Source: Bacillota bacterium
GTDB lineage: Bacteria > Bacillota > Clostridia > Christensenellales > UBA1242
NCBI GenBank assembly: GCA_009780065.1
Contig: WRAS01000005.1
Coordinates: forward strand, 7,013-71,012
Direction of reading: 5' to 3'
DNA length: 64,000 nt
Below, in pieces: positions 26,522 through 34,060 of this stretch (its first letter is position 1; each line of letters begins with the position of its first letter). The position numbers and the translations under genes were made by a program. Below the pieces are notes generated by a model. That model ran no database searches. It had not been told where the DNA came from and saw only the letters and a list, made by a program, of their open reading frames with translations.

Positions 26522-26569
26522 ATGAAAATAAATTTCAAGAAGGTTAACGGGGGAGGCGGGATAAGGTAG
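26522..26569 (+). CDS. Candidate leader peptide MKINFKKVNGGGGIR (four consecutive Gly codons) upstream of glyQS
   Basis: AAGGAG at 26505-26510, 11 nt before the ATG. Codons 10-13 are GGG GGA GGC GGG. TAG stop. It lies between the promoter and the terminator at 26639-26678. Confidence 0.45.
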   Translation: MKINFKKVNGGGGIR

Positions 26570-26638
26570 TCCGCACATTTAGAAGTTGCGCGGGCAAGAA
26601 TTATCTTTGAATCGCCGCAACAAGATATTCGAAAACGA

Positions 26639-26678
26639 AACATCTGGCGGAATCACAAAACCCGATAGATGTTTTTTT
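26639..26678 (+). terminator. Intrinsic terminator (attenuator) about 20 nt upstream of the glyQS start
   Basis: AACATCTGGCGG (26639-26650) pairs with CCGATAGATGTT (26662-26673) with one mismatch and one G-U. The hairpin is followed by seven T. Confidence 0.7.
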
Positions 26679-26698
26679 AAAAAATAAGGAGAAATTAA

Positions 26699-28105
26699 AT
26701 GAGCGAAAAAATAAAAAATGACCAATCCAAGTTAGACAAAATCGTGGCACTGTCAAAAAACCGTGGATTCATATTTCCGGGTTCCGAAATCTACGGCGGT
26801 CTTGCCAATACGTGGGATTACGGTCCGCTTGGTGTTGAATTAAAGAATTCAATCAAACGCGAATGGTGGAAATTTTTTGTGCAAGAGGACAAAAATGCCG
26901 TAGGTATAGATGGTGGTATTTTGATGAATCCAAACGTATGGGTGGCAAGTGGCCACGTTGGCGGTTTTTCGGATCCATTAAAGGATTGTAAATCATGTAA
27001 AACACGTCACCGTGCAGATAATCTGATTGCGAACAGTCCAATAGGCAAAAAGCAAAGTATAGATACAGATGCAATGTCAACGACACAGATGGATGAATAC
27101 GTTGAAGCAAATAAAATTAATTGCCCACATTGTGGTAAAAGTGACTGGACACAGATCCGTCAATTTAACCTAATGTTCAAGACCAATCGCGGTGTAACAG
27201 ATGACAGTTCCAGTGTGGTTTATCTGCGCCCAGAAACCGCGCAAGCCCAATTTGTTAACTTTCAAAACCTTCAACGCGTTTCACGCTTAAAGTTACCTTT
27301 TGGTGTAGGACAAATAGGAAAAGCATTCAGAAACGAGATTACCCCAGGTAACTTTACATTCAGAACAGTAGAGTTCGAACAGATGGAGTATCAGTACTTT
27401 ACACACGCGAGCACAAGCATGGATGATTACGAAATGTTTAAATCCCGTGCGATGGAATTTTATATCAAGCGCCTTGGCATTGAAAAAAAGCAATTAAAGT
27501 TCAAAGATCATGGTACCGCATTATCTCACTATGCAAAGGCTGCGGTAGACGCACAATATAACTTTCCATTTGGTTTTGGTGAAATAGGCGGAACACATCA
27601 CCGCGGTACATTTGACCTTGGAAACCACCAAACGCATAGTGGTAAAAACATGGAATACGTAGATCCAGTGACAAACGAAAAATACATCCCTACCGTAATT
27701 GAATCCAGTCACGGATGTGACCGCCTTGTTCTGGCTGTGCTTTGTAATGCGTATCATGAAGAAACTTTAGAAGGGGATGACGTACGTGTTGTGCTGAAAT
27801 TAAAACCTTGTTTAGCACCTTATAAGGTTGCGGTCTTGCCGCTGCAAAAAAAGGATTTGGGCGAAAAATCTGACGAAATCTTTGCATTATTGGCAAAAAA
27901 CTTTATGACAACATACGACGAAACAGCAAGTATCGGAAAGCGTTACCGCCGCCAAGATGAAATTGGCACACCGTTTTGTGTAACCGTGGACTTTGAAACT
28001 TTGGAAGATGATTGCGTAACAATTCGGTACCGAGACACCATGAAGCAAGAGCGTGTGCCAATAAAGAAATTAGTAAATCACATAACAAAAAAGTTAAGTA
28101 AATAA
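26699..28105 (+). CDS. glyQS: Glycine--tRNA ligase (homodimeric alpha2 type)
   Basis: 468 aa, RGFIFPGSEIYGGLANTWDYGPLGVELKNSIKREWW...FRNEITP... SD AAGGAG. Confidence 0.95.
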   Translation: MSEKIKNDQSKLDKIVALSKNRGFIFPGSEIYGGLANTWDYGPLGVELKNSIKREWWKFFVQEDKNAVGIDGGILMNPNVWVASGHVGGFSDPLKDCKSCKTRHRADNLIANSPIGKKQSIDTDAMSTTQMDEYVEANKINCPHCGKSDWTQIRQFNLMFKTNRGVTDDSSSVVYLRPETAQAQFVNFQNLQRVSRLKLPFGVGQIGKAFRNEITPGNFTFRTVEFEQMEYQYFTHASTSMDDYEMFKSRAMEFYIKRLGIEKKQLKFKDHGTALSHYAKAAVDAQYNFPFGFGEIGGTHHRGTFDLGNHQTHSGKNMEYVDPVTNEKYIPTVIESSHGCDRLVLAVLCNAYHEETLEGDDVRVVLKLKPCLAPYKVAVLPLQKKDLGEKSDEIFALLAKNFMTTYDETASIGKRYRRQDEIGTPFCVTVDFETLEDDCVTIRYRDTMKQERVPIKKLVNHITKKLSK

Positions 28106-28125
28106 AAGGGCGCGTGCCCTTTTTA
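28104..28125. terminator. Bidirectional terminator between glyQS and the convergent 28142..29017 gene
   Basis: AAAAGGGC-GCGT-GCCCTTTTT. Confidence 0.8.
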
Positions 28126-28141
28126 TTTTGATATTTTTATA

Positions 28142-29017
28142 TTATGCAACTGTTCTAAAGGTTATTGCTTCTCGGAATTCAAAACCTTGGTATCTAAGAA
28201 CTATTTCAAATCTGGCTTCTATGTCTGGACTTCTAGACCAATCTGGGATAAATATTATCCCGCCCTCGCGAATTTCTATTTCGGTGTCACTCCATTCTGC
28301 TTCTTCTATTGATATTCCGAACAAGTTCTGCGGACTCATTATTGGCAATCCCACCGTAGGGTTCCAAGACAACCCTACGTTCGTAAATACATTTGTTATG
28401 CCAAAAACATCTAATTCAATTCTTAAACGATATCTTTCTACCGAAGGCCAAGAATATAAGCCTTCTATATAATTGGATATGCTGATTTCATTGCTTGGGT
28501 GCGGTTGAAAACTGCCCCATTCATTTAATCTGTCCATACCAACACGGAGATTAACTGCGGTTTGCGGTAAATCAATTCTTACGTTAATAACACGTACGTG
28601 TGGTCCACAGTGGACATATATTCTTATGTTACCCGCTTGGGCCGGATTTGTAAAAAAGGGAACACCATATGGATTATTGTTAAGATGAACCATAGCGGTT
28701 TCACCACTTTTCATTTGCATTGGCTCTATTCTTATACTTGCAGATCCCGCACCTTGGATATCAAACCAAACCGGTGTATTTGTCAAGTTCCCAGGCGTTG
28801 TATTAACCTGTAGCGGGGCATTGCGCGAATTCATAACCAAATCATATTCGCCATCACCACGTTGGTTAAGTCCTGTGATAACTATGCTTGTTGGCATGGT
28901 ATCGCCGCCCGTCATTGCAAAAATCCCACCAAGCAGCAAGAAAAGACATGCAAGTCCCAAACACGCTATAAAAATAATCTTGTACGGCCTGGTCTGCGCA
29001 AATTGTATTATCCCCAT
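28142..29017 (-). CDS. Hypothetical membrane-anchored exported protein
   Basis: 291 aa with N-terminal anchor KIIFIACLGLACLFLLLGGIFAM. No family recognised. Confidence 0.6.
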   Translation of the reverse strand: MGIIQFAQTRPYKIIFIACLGLACLFLLLGGIFAMTGGDTMPTSIVITGLNQRGDGEYDLVMNSRNAPLQVNTTPGNLTNTPVWFDIQGAGSASIRIEPMQMKSGETAMVHLNNNPYGVPFFTNPAQAGNIRIYVHCGPHVRVINVRIDLPQTAVNLRVGMDRLNEWGSFQPHPSNEISISNYIEGLYSWPSVERYRLRIELDVFGITNVFTNVGLSWNPTVGLPIMSPQNLFGISIEEAEWSDTEIEIREGGIIFIPDWSRSPDIEARFEIVLRYQGFEFREAITFRTVA

Positions 29018-29026
29018 CGTATAGTA

Positions 29027-29611
29027 CTAGTTTAAACATTTTTGCGTATTTTTACAAATGATATTTTCAATTTCTTCCACACATTCCTGCAGATCTAGTT
29101 TGTCTACAATATGGTCGTAATATGGTTTGTTCAATTTGACATATGATTCGTATTCATCCAATCTGCTTTGTATATCTTGCGGGCATCCTCCTCGTCCACA
29201 AAGTCTTTTTGCAATCTCTTCTTTTGGAATATCCATGAATATTGTTAATACTGATTTTTTGCCATATTTTTCCTTTAACGCGGTCACACCAATATTGTCA
29301 CAATCTTTTAACGGAATTTTACCTTGTTTCAACATGTCGTCAATTATATCGCTGCTCATCCCTCTATACTCGCCGTCGCGACCCAATTGTGTATATTCAA
29401 ACACAGCACCTGTTTTTATCTTTTCCTCGAATTCTTCCTTTGAACAAAAAAAGTACGGGTTTCCTTGGCTCTCACCTTCACGCATCTTTCGTGTCGCCAC
29501 GGATGGCATTTTTGCAAATTTTGGATTTCGTTTAATTAATTCCTTTATTGTTGTGTCTTTACCTGCACCACTTGCACCTTCGATTACTATAATTGTTCTT
29601 TTGTCTTCCAT
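29027..29611 (-). CDS. Guanylate-kinase-like nucleoside monophosphate kinase
   Basis: IIVIEGASGAGKDT is a P-loop. SVATRKMREGESQGNPYFFCSKEEFEEKI..GAVFEYTQ resembles the Gmk S-x-T-T-R...G-x-x-Y-x-F pattern. Confidence 0.7.
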   Translation of the reverse strand: MEDKRTIIVIEGASGAGKDTTIKELIKRNPKFAKMPSVATRKMREGESQGNPYFFCSKEEFEEKIKTGAVFEYTQLGRDGEYRGMSSDIIDDMLKQGKIPLKDCDNIGVTALKEKYGKKSVLTIFMDIPKEEIAKRLCGRGGCPQDIQSRLDEYESYVKLNKPYYDHIVDKLDLQECVEEIENIICKNTQKCLN

Positions 29612-29677
29612 ATCAAATGATATACAAAAAAAGTTTTTTTATCAAACAAATTTATTGTATTTTATTCGCTACGCTTT

Positions 29678-29730
29678 GTGAACACTAGTGTAAGATTTAC
29701 TTGTGCGACTTCATCGCACGGGTTATACTA
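29678..29730 (+). repeat. Copy E1 of a conserved ~53-nt promoter/operator-like element (ACACTAGTGT dyad; TTGTGC-17-TATACT; internal GTGCGA-N5-TCGCAC dyad)
   Basis: GTGAACACTAGTGTAAGATTTACTTGTGCGACTTCATCGCACGGGTTATACTA. By manual alignment, 46 of 53 aligned positions are identical to the reverse complement of 32145-32197. The -10-like TATACT ends 6 nt before the ATG at 29736. Confidence 0.75.
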
Positions 29731-29735
29731 AATCC

Positions 29736-30848
29736 ATGAACAATCAACAACAAACAAACCAAGACCAAGAAACAGTAATCAGCGAAGCAGAAGCCGCAAA
29801 TATCCAACAAAATAAGTGTGGTGGATGCGGTGCAAACATGAATTTTGATGTGGCTTCTGGCGGACTTAAATGCGGCCATTGTGGCAATACAACAGAATTT
29901 AATGACGATGAAAAAGTTCAGCGCAGGCAAATAACCGCAGATATTTTAAAATCTCACGAGCAATGGACAGACGGTCGTGTTGCGCAATGTACTAACTGTG
30001 GTGCCAAAGAGGTTCTTTCTAAGACAGATATCGCAACACAATGCGTATTCTGTGGCAGCGCAAAGATTCAAGATATCAACGAAATGCCAGGTATCAAACC
30101 GGATTCGGTAATACCATTTCAAATAACCGAACAATCGTCTATAGACCGATTTCGAAAATGGGCTAAGTCCAAATTCTTTGCACCCAAAGGATTTAAAAGA
30201 AGTGATGTGCGAAAGAATATAAATAAACTGTATACACCTTGCTGGTCTTTTTCCACAAAAACAGAAAACATTTACAATGGAACACTGGGGCGTACCGTGA
30301 CACGAACCGTAGGTCACGGACAGAATGCAAGGACGGTAACTACCACACATTGGTTCCGTGTAAGTGGTATGATTTTTCAAGATTACATGGATGTATTTTA
30401 TCAAAGTGGAAATCGTATAACATCCAAAAACTTTAATCGTTTAAAACCATTTGATTTACGCCAAGTAAAGGTATACCGCCAAGAATATCTAAGCGGTATA
30501 GTTGCCGAGCATTATTCTAGAACCCTTGAGGAGTGTTTTAACGAATTTTCACGCTTTATAAAGCAAGATATTCGTACACGCGTTATTCGCAAGCACCGTG
30601 CAGACAGCGTCTCTTTTTTGGACATTCAAACACGTTACAATGACAAGAGATTTAACTATGTTCTTCTTCCTCTTTACATAACAAACTACCAGTACAAAGA
30701 CAAAAACTTTAACGTTTATATTAACGGGGCAACAGGAAAGGTGACCGGTAGATATCCCGTAAGTGGAAGACGTGTATTCGGTCTTGTATTTGGTATTATC
30801 CTTACAATAGGTGCCGCCGCGGCTCTTGCATACTTTTTAACAAGATAA
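29736..30848 (+). CDS. Zinc-ribbon membrane protein (two CxxC...CxxC pairs, C-terminal TM helix), conserved hypothetical
   Basis: KCGGCGANM...KCGHCGN and QCTNCGAK...CVFCGS. YVLLPLYITNYQYKDKNFNVYINGATGKVTG is followed by the hydrophobic tail VFGLVFGIILTIGAAAALAYFL. The start is taken at the ATG (MNNQQQ), not the GTG of the track. Confidence 0.65.
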   Translation: MNNQQQTNQDQETVISEAEAANIQQNKCGGCGANMNFDVASGGLKCGHCGNTTEFNDDEKVQRRQITADILKSHEQWTDGRVAQCTNCGAKEVLSKTDIATQCVFCGSAKIQDINEMPGIKPDSVIPFQITEQSSIDRFRKWAKSKFFAPKGFKRSDVRKNINKLYTPCWSFSTKTENIYNGTLGRTVTRTVGHGQNARTVTTTHWFRVSGMIFQDYMDVFYQSGNRITSKNFNRLKPFDLRQVKVYRQEYLSGIVAEHYSRTLEECFNEFSRFIKQDIRTRVIRKHRADSVSFLDIQTRYNDKRFNYVLLPLYITNYQYKDKNFNVYINGATGKVTGRYPVSGRRVFGLVFGIILTIGAAAALAYFLTR

Positions 30849-30860
30849 TATCTGTAAAAC

Positions 30861-30883
30861 AAAAAAGGCGTAACGCCTTTTTT
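30861..30883. terminator. Bidirectional terminator between convergent genes
   Basis: AAAAAAGGCG-TAA-CGCCTTTTTT. Confidence 0.8.
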
Positions 30884-31100
30884 AATTGTTATCGTTAATT
30901 TCCAAAAGAAAATCCGCACTAACTTTTAGTTTTTCACAAATCATCTTAATGGAATAGTATCCAGGTAAACTTTTTCCATTTATCCAGTTACTTACCTGGC
31001 TTTGTCTTACCCCAAGCATTTCTGAGACTTCCATTTGATTCAGATTGGATGCAGTCATGATGTCTTGCATAATTTTTCCAAAGTTGATGTTCATTTTCAT
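30882..31100 (-). CDS. XRE-family helix-turn-helix transcriptional regulator
   Basis: NLNQMEVSEMLGVRQSQVSNWINGKSLPGYYSIKMICEKLKVSADFLL is a classic Cro/C1-type HTH. The start is ambiguous: the track gives TTG at 31145, and ATG at 31100 is preferred here. Confidence 0.8.
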   Translation of the reverse strand: MKMNINFGKIMQDIMTASNLNQMEVSEMLGVRQSQVSNWINGKSLPGYYSIKMICEKLKVSADFLLEINDNN

Positions 31101-31346
31101 ATCTTGTGCATTCTCCGTGGATATTATTATAAATTCTGTTAACAACTTATCTACACAACTTTTTTGTGTGTGAAACTAAAATACACAATATTTAGTGTTT
31201 TTACAAGACAGTATCTTCAAATAAATACTAAGGATTATGGTTATCCACATTTCCACATGTATTAATATAAATATTATTATTTAATAATATCTTTATACTA
31301 TCATTGAGCCGCAAACAATTTAATAATTCTATTCATAGATATATAC

Positions 31347-31610
31347 ATGGAACAAACAACAAAATCAGAATTAACATTAATAAATAGGAATGGTCTTAGT
31401 TTATCTGGGGTTAAAAAAGTAATTTCAAGTGAACCTACTATGGTTGTTATTAAATTGGAGAATTGTAATACAGTTATTAGTGGGAGCAACCTTGCGGTTC
31501 AAAACTTGTCTATTAAAGAGGGGATACTGGAACTAGGCGGAGTTGTGAATCAGATAAAGTACACATCCGTAACAAGCAAACGGTTTTCGGTCAAAAACAT
31601 GTTCCGATAG
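31347..31610 (+). CDS. yabP: YabP-family (sporulation protein YabP-like) protein
   Basis: SELTLINRNGLSLSGVKKVISSEPTMVVIKLENCNTVISGSNLAVQNLSIKEGILELGGVVNQIKY follows the YabP repeat pattern. Confidence 0.7.
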   Translation: MEQTTKSELTLINRNGLSLSGVKKVISSEPTMVVIKLENCNTVISGSNLAVQNLSIKEGILELGGVVNQIKYTSVTSKRFSVKNMFR

Positions 31611-31631
31611 CAATTTGAATATATTTGGTGT

Positions 31632-31817
31632 ATGCAATTCACAGTATACACACACCTTCTGTCTGCGCTGAATTTTATAGTTTTTTTATTTGTCTGCATA
31701 TGCTTGTTTTTAACGTATCTAAGATTACCAATTAAAAAGCACAAATTTGTATTTGATATACTATTGTGCTTTACTTTTTTTTGTGTTTTGTTGTTTTACA
31801 AAGTTAACTTTGATTAA
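31632..31817 (+). CDS. Small two-helix membrane protein, possibly YabQ-like
   Basis: 61 aa, hydrophobic, immediately downstream of yabP as yabQ is in sporeformers. The assignment rests on position only. Confidence 0.3.
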   Translation: MQFTVYTHLLSALNFIVFLFVCICLFLTYLRLPIKKHKFVFDILLCFTFFCVLLFYKVNFD

Positions 31818-31821
31818 AAGT

Positions 31822-32121
31822 CTAGAGTGGGAGTGTTTCTTCTCTTAATTTTGTAACTTGGTTAAGTGCCTCGTTTATTGCGGCGATTACCAAGTCCTCC
31901 ATCATTTCTACATCATCTGGGTCTACGGCTTCTGGTTTGATTTTAATGTTTAACAGTTCATACGCACCGCTCATCTCTACCATTACCATCCCGCCACCGC
32001 TGGATGATTCTATTAGGGTTTCCGCCAATTCTTCTTTGGCGCGTTCCAGTTGTTTTTTCATCTCCTCGGCCTGTTTCATCATGGCTTGCATGTTTGGTTG
32101 TCCAAAACCTCTATTTTTCAT
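31822..32121 (-). CDS. ybaB: YbaB/EbfC nucleoid-associated protein
   Basis: NMQAMMKQAEEMKKQLERAKEELAE...SSSGGGMVMVEMSG...VDPDDVEMMEDLVIAAINEA. SD AGGAG. Confidence 0.9.
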   Translation of the reverse strand: MKNRGFGQPNMQAMMKQAEEMKKQLERAKEELAETLIESSSGGGMVMVEMSGAYELLNIKIKPEAVDPDDVEMMEDLVIAAINEALNQVTKLREETLPL

Positions 32122-32144
32122 TTTAGTCTCCTATATTATTTTTT

Positions 32145-32197
32145 AATATACCCCGTGTGACGAAGTCGCACAAGTAAAATCTTTCATTAGTGTTCAC
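32145..32197 (-). repeat. Copy E2 of the ~53-nt element, inverted relative to E1, immediately upstream of ybaB
   Basis: The minus strand reads GTGAACACTAATGAAAGATTTTACTTGTGCGACTTCGTCACACGGGGTATATT (TTGTGC-17-TATATT). It overlaps the TGA stop of the 32194..32493 ORF. Confidence 0.75.
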
Positions 32198-32493
32198 GAG
32201 GAACCACCAAGTATAACCAGATTGTCTCCAAAAAGTTTTTTTAACTTTGCCACCTTTTCATTAGTTATGATAGATTCCTTTTTATTGATAATCATCAATA
32301 TACTTTCGCCAATAATAGAATCAATCAAAGTGCGTTTATCATGTAATATTTTTGCAAAGGCATTATTATCAATATACGCAATTATTGAATCATACAAAAA
32401 TTCCACATCCGCATGATTGGCACAAATTGAATATAACATTTCCTCTTTACGTTCGCGTAGTTTTTTCAGTAGATTGCCCCAAACCACACTCAT
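32194..32493 (-). CDS. Stand-alone protein resembling the C-terminal domain of Bacillota DnaX (tau)
   Basis: MSVVWGNLLKKLRERKEEMLYS...ending ...VAKLKKLFGDNLVILGGSS. The W-G-x-L-L start and the A-K-x-L-F-G-x-x-L-V end recall the DnaX C-terminus as I remember it from B. subtilis. It sits directly upstream of ybaB, the canonical dnaX-ybaB order. The start is uncertain (the track ORF extends to 32637). TGATATAAT lies at 32518-32510. Confidence 0.4.
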   Translation of the reverse strand: MSVVWGNLLKKLRERKEEMLYSICANHADVEFLYDSIIAYIDNNAFAKILHDKRTLIDSIIGESILMIINKKESIITNEKVAKLKKLFGDNLVILGGSS

Positions 32494-32574
32494 ATCTGGG
32501 GTTAGGGTAATTATATCAAATTCATCCACAATTTTAATATAACATATTTGTAATAACTTTGATATAATCAAAAT

Positions 32575-33084
32575 ATGATTGAATCCAGAATTCTTACAGT
32601 AGATGAAATATCTAATATTATGAGTTTTCAAATCCATGTTATAAGTAACATGGAGCGAAAAGAATTTTTCATGATGACTGGCGATGATAAAGAAATAAAA
32701 TCACTGATAAACAAGGGAATTGTGTTGGCGGCTTTTGATAACAATGAAATGATTGGATATGCATCATTGTGTTGGTGTGACATTTGGTTGTCAGGGTTTT
32801 TAAAAAAATATGAAACAAAATTAAATTTAAATAGCAGTGACATAATCGGTGAATTTGGTTACATGACAAAACAAGAATACCAAGGACGGGGAATAACAAG
32901 TAATCTTGTAAAACAAATCATAGAAATAAATAAAAAAGAAAATTATGTAAACATATTGATGGCATATGTCCACCCAGAAAACTTTGCAAGCATAAATATA
33001 TTAAGCAAAAACGGATTGCAAAAGGTCGACAGTATTGTTATGAATTCAGGACACGAAAGAGATGTCTTAATAAAAAAAATATGA
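32575..33084 (+). CDS. GNAT-family N-acetyltransferase
   Basis: EFGYMTKQEYQGRGITSNLVKQII...VHPENFASINILSKNGL is the acetyl-CoA binding Q/RxxGxG/A motif region. TGATATAAT (-10 at 32563-32568) lies 6 nt before the ATG. Confidence 0.8.
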   Translation: MIESRILTVDEISNIMSFQIHVISNMERKEFFMMTGDDKEIKSLINKGIVLAAFDNNEMIGYASLCWCDIWLSGFLKKYETKLNLNSSDIIGEFGYMTKQEYQGRGITSNLVKQIIEINKKENYVNILMAYVHPENFASINILSKNGLQKVDSIVMNSGHERDVLIKKI

Positions 33085-33096
33085 TACAATTAAAGA

Positions 33097-34038
33097 ATGA
33101 ACAAAAGTATTAACTCGCTTTATAGAAAATATCGTCCCACAAAATTTTCTGATGTTGTGGAACAATCGCATGTTGTTAAAACAATTGAAAACCAAATAAA
33201 GAACAATAAACTGAATCATGCATATCTTTTCTGTGGAACGCGTGGCACGGGTAAAACCACGGTTGCAAAAATCTTTGCGAATGCGGTTGCCAAACTATTA
33301 GACATTTTTGAAATAGACGCTGCCAGCAACAACAGTGTGGATAATGTCCGCGATTTAATTGAAAAGGTTAAATTTCCACCAATAGAATCCAGTTACAAGG
33401 TCTACATAATTGATGAGGTTCACATGTTCTCTGGCAGTGCATTTAATGCATTCCTGAAGACCTTGGAAGAACCCCCTAGTCACGTTATCTTTATTCTTTG
33501 CACGACCGAGCCTCACAAGTTGCCGCAAACGATTCAAAGCCGTGTGCTGCGTTTTGATTTCAGACCAGTATCTTTGACTTCCATCGAAAAGCATATTGAA
33601 AAAATCCTTAAAAAGGAAAACGTGGAAGCCACCAAAGAATCAATCAAACAAATAGCAAAAGCAGGACGGGGGAGTGTACGTGACTGCCTGAGTATCTTGG
33701 AAGCCACCCTTGCATACAAATCAGACAAATTCGACGAACAAGACGTAGTGCAAATCCTGGGAACTGTGTCACATGAGAAGTTAAATGAACTTGGGAAGGC
33801 TGTTATTGAAAAAAATATAAACCAGACAAAAAAGCATTTGGAATCAATATTTACAAAAGGTGTGAATGTTAATGCATTAGTTCGTGATTTTTTATATGTT
33901 TTAAAAGAAATGTACATTGAATCAAACAACCGCGACAGAATACGTGAGGTATATAAATCCGTAGCAGAAATTGAATTGTTAATCAAATATTCACAAGACC
34001 CAGTAAGTATGTTTGAAAGTGTTTGTTTACTGGCATAA
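33097..34038 (+). CDS. dnaX: DNA polymerase III gamma/tau subunit, ATPase-lid-collar core only (313 aa)
   Basis: LYRKYRPTKFSDVVEQSHVV...HAYLFCGTRGTGKTT...IFEIDAASN...YIIDEVHMFS..AFNAFLKTLEEPP..ILCTTEP.KLP.TIQSRV. The Cys4 zinc module normally between the Walker A helix and EIDAAS is absent, and the ORF stops after domain III. Confidence 0.9.
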   Translation: MNKSINSLYRKYRPTKFSDVVEQSHVVKTIENQIKNNKLNHAYLFCGTRGTGKTTVAKIFANAVAKLLDIFEIDAASNNSVDNVRDLIEKVKFPPIESSYKVYIIDEVHMFSGSAFNAFLKTLEEPPSHVIFILCTTEPHKLPQTIQSRVLRFDFRPVSLTSIEKHIEKILKKENVEATKESIKQIAKAGRGSVRDCLSILEATLAYKSDKFDEQDVVQILGTVSHEKLNELGKAVIEKNINQTKKHLESIFTKGVNVNALVRDFLYVLKEMYIESNNRDRIREVYKSVAEIELLIKYSQDPVSMFESVCLLA

Positions 34039-34060
34039 ACAATTGTGGTATCATTAATAC

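Noticed and set aside
26497-26698. T-box riboswitch as the glyQS leader
   Set aside because: This is the expected element for Bacillota glyQS. However, I could not find the conserved T-box core sequence, the AG bulge or distal-loop motifs of stem I, or a UGGA antiterminator bulge. A GGC followed by A exists at 26592-26595, but it is not in a convincing specifier-loop context. The T-box is kept only as the alternative hypothesis to test with a covariance model.
29127-29681. 184-aa plus-strand ORF
   Set aside because: It lies antisense to the guanylate-kinase-like gene. Its TGA coincides by chance with the start of element E1.
31241-31257. Perfect DnaA box TTATCCACA followed by TTTCCACA in the XRE-yabP spacer
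   Set aside because: A single perfect 9-mer is expected by chance at roughly one per window of this size on two strands. There is no cluster and no adjacent DNA-unwinding-element context, so it is not called as an origin.
29678-32197. The inverted E1/E2 pair as terminal inverted repeats of a transposon
   Set aside because: There is no transposase or recombinase between the copies, no target-site duplication at the outer ends (…CGCTTT | … | GAGGAA…), and the cargo consists of housekeeping-type genes. Both copies sit in the same orientation relative to a downstream start codon, which fits promoter/operator modules better.
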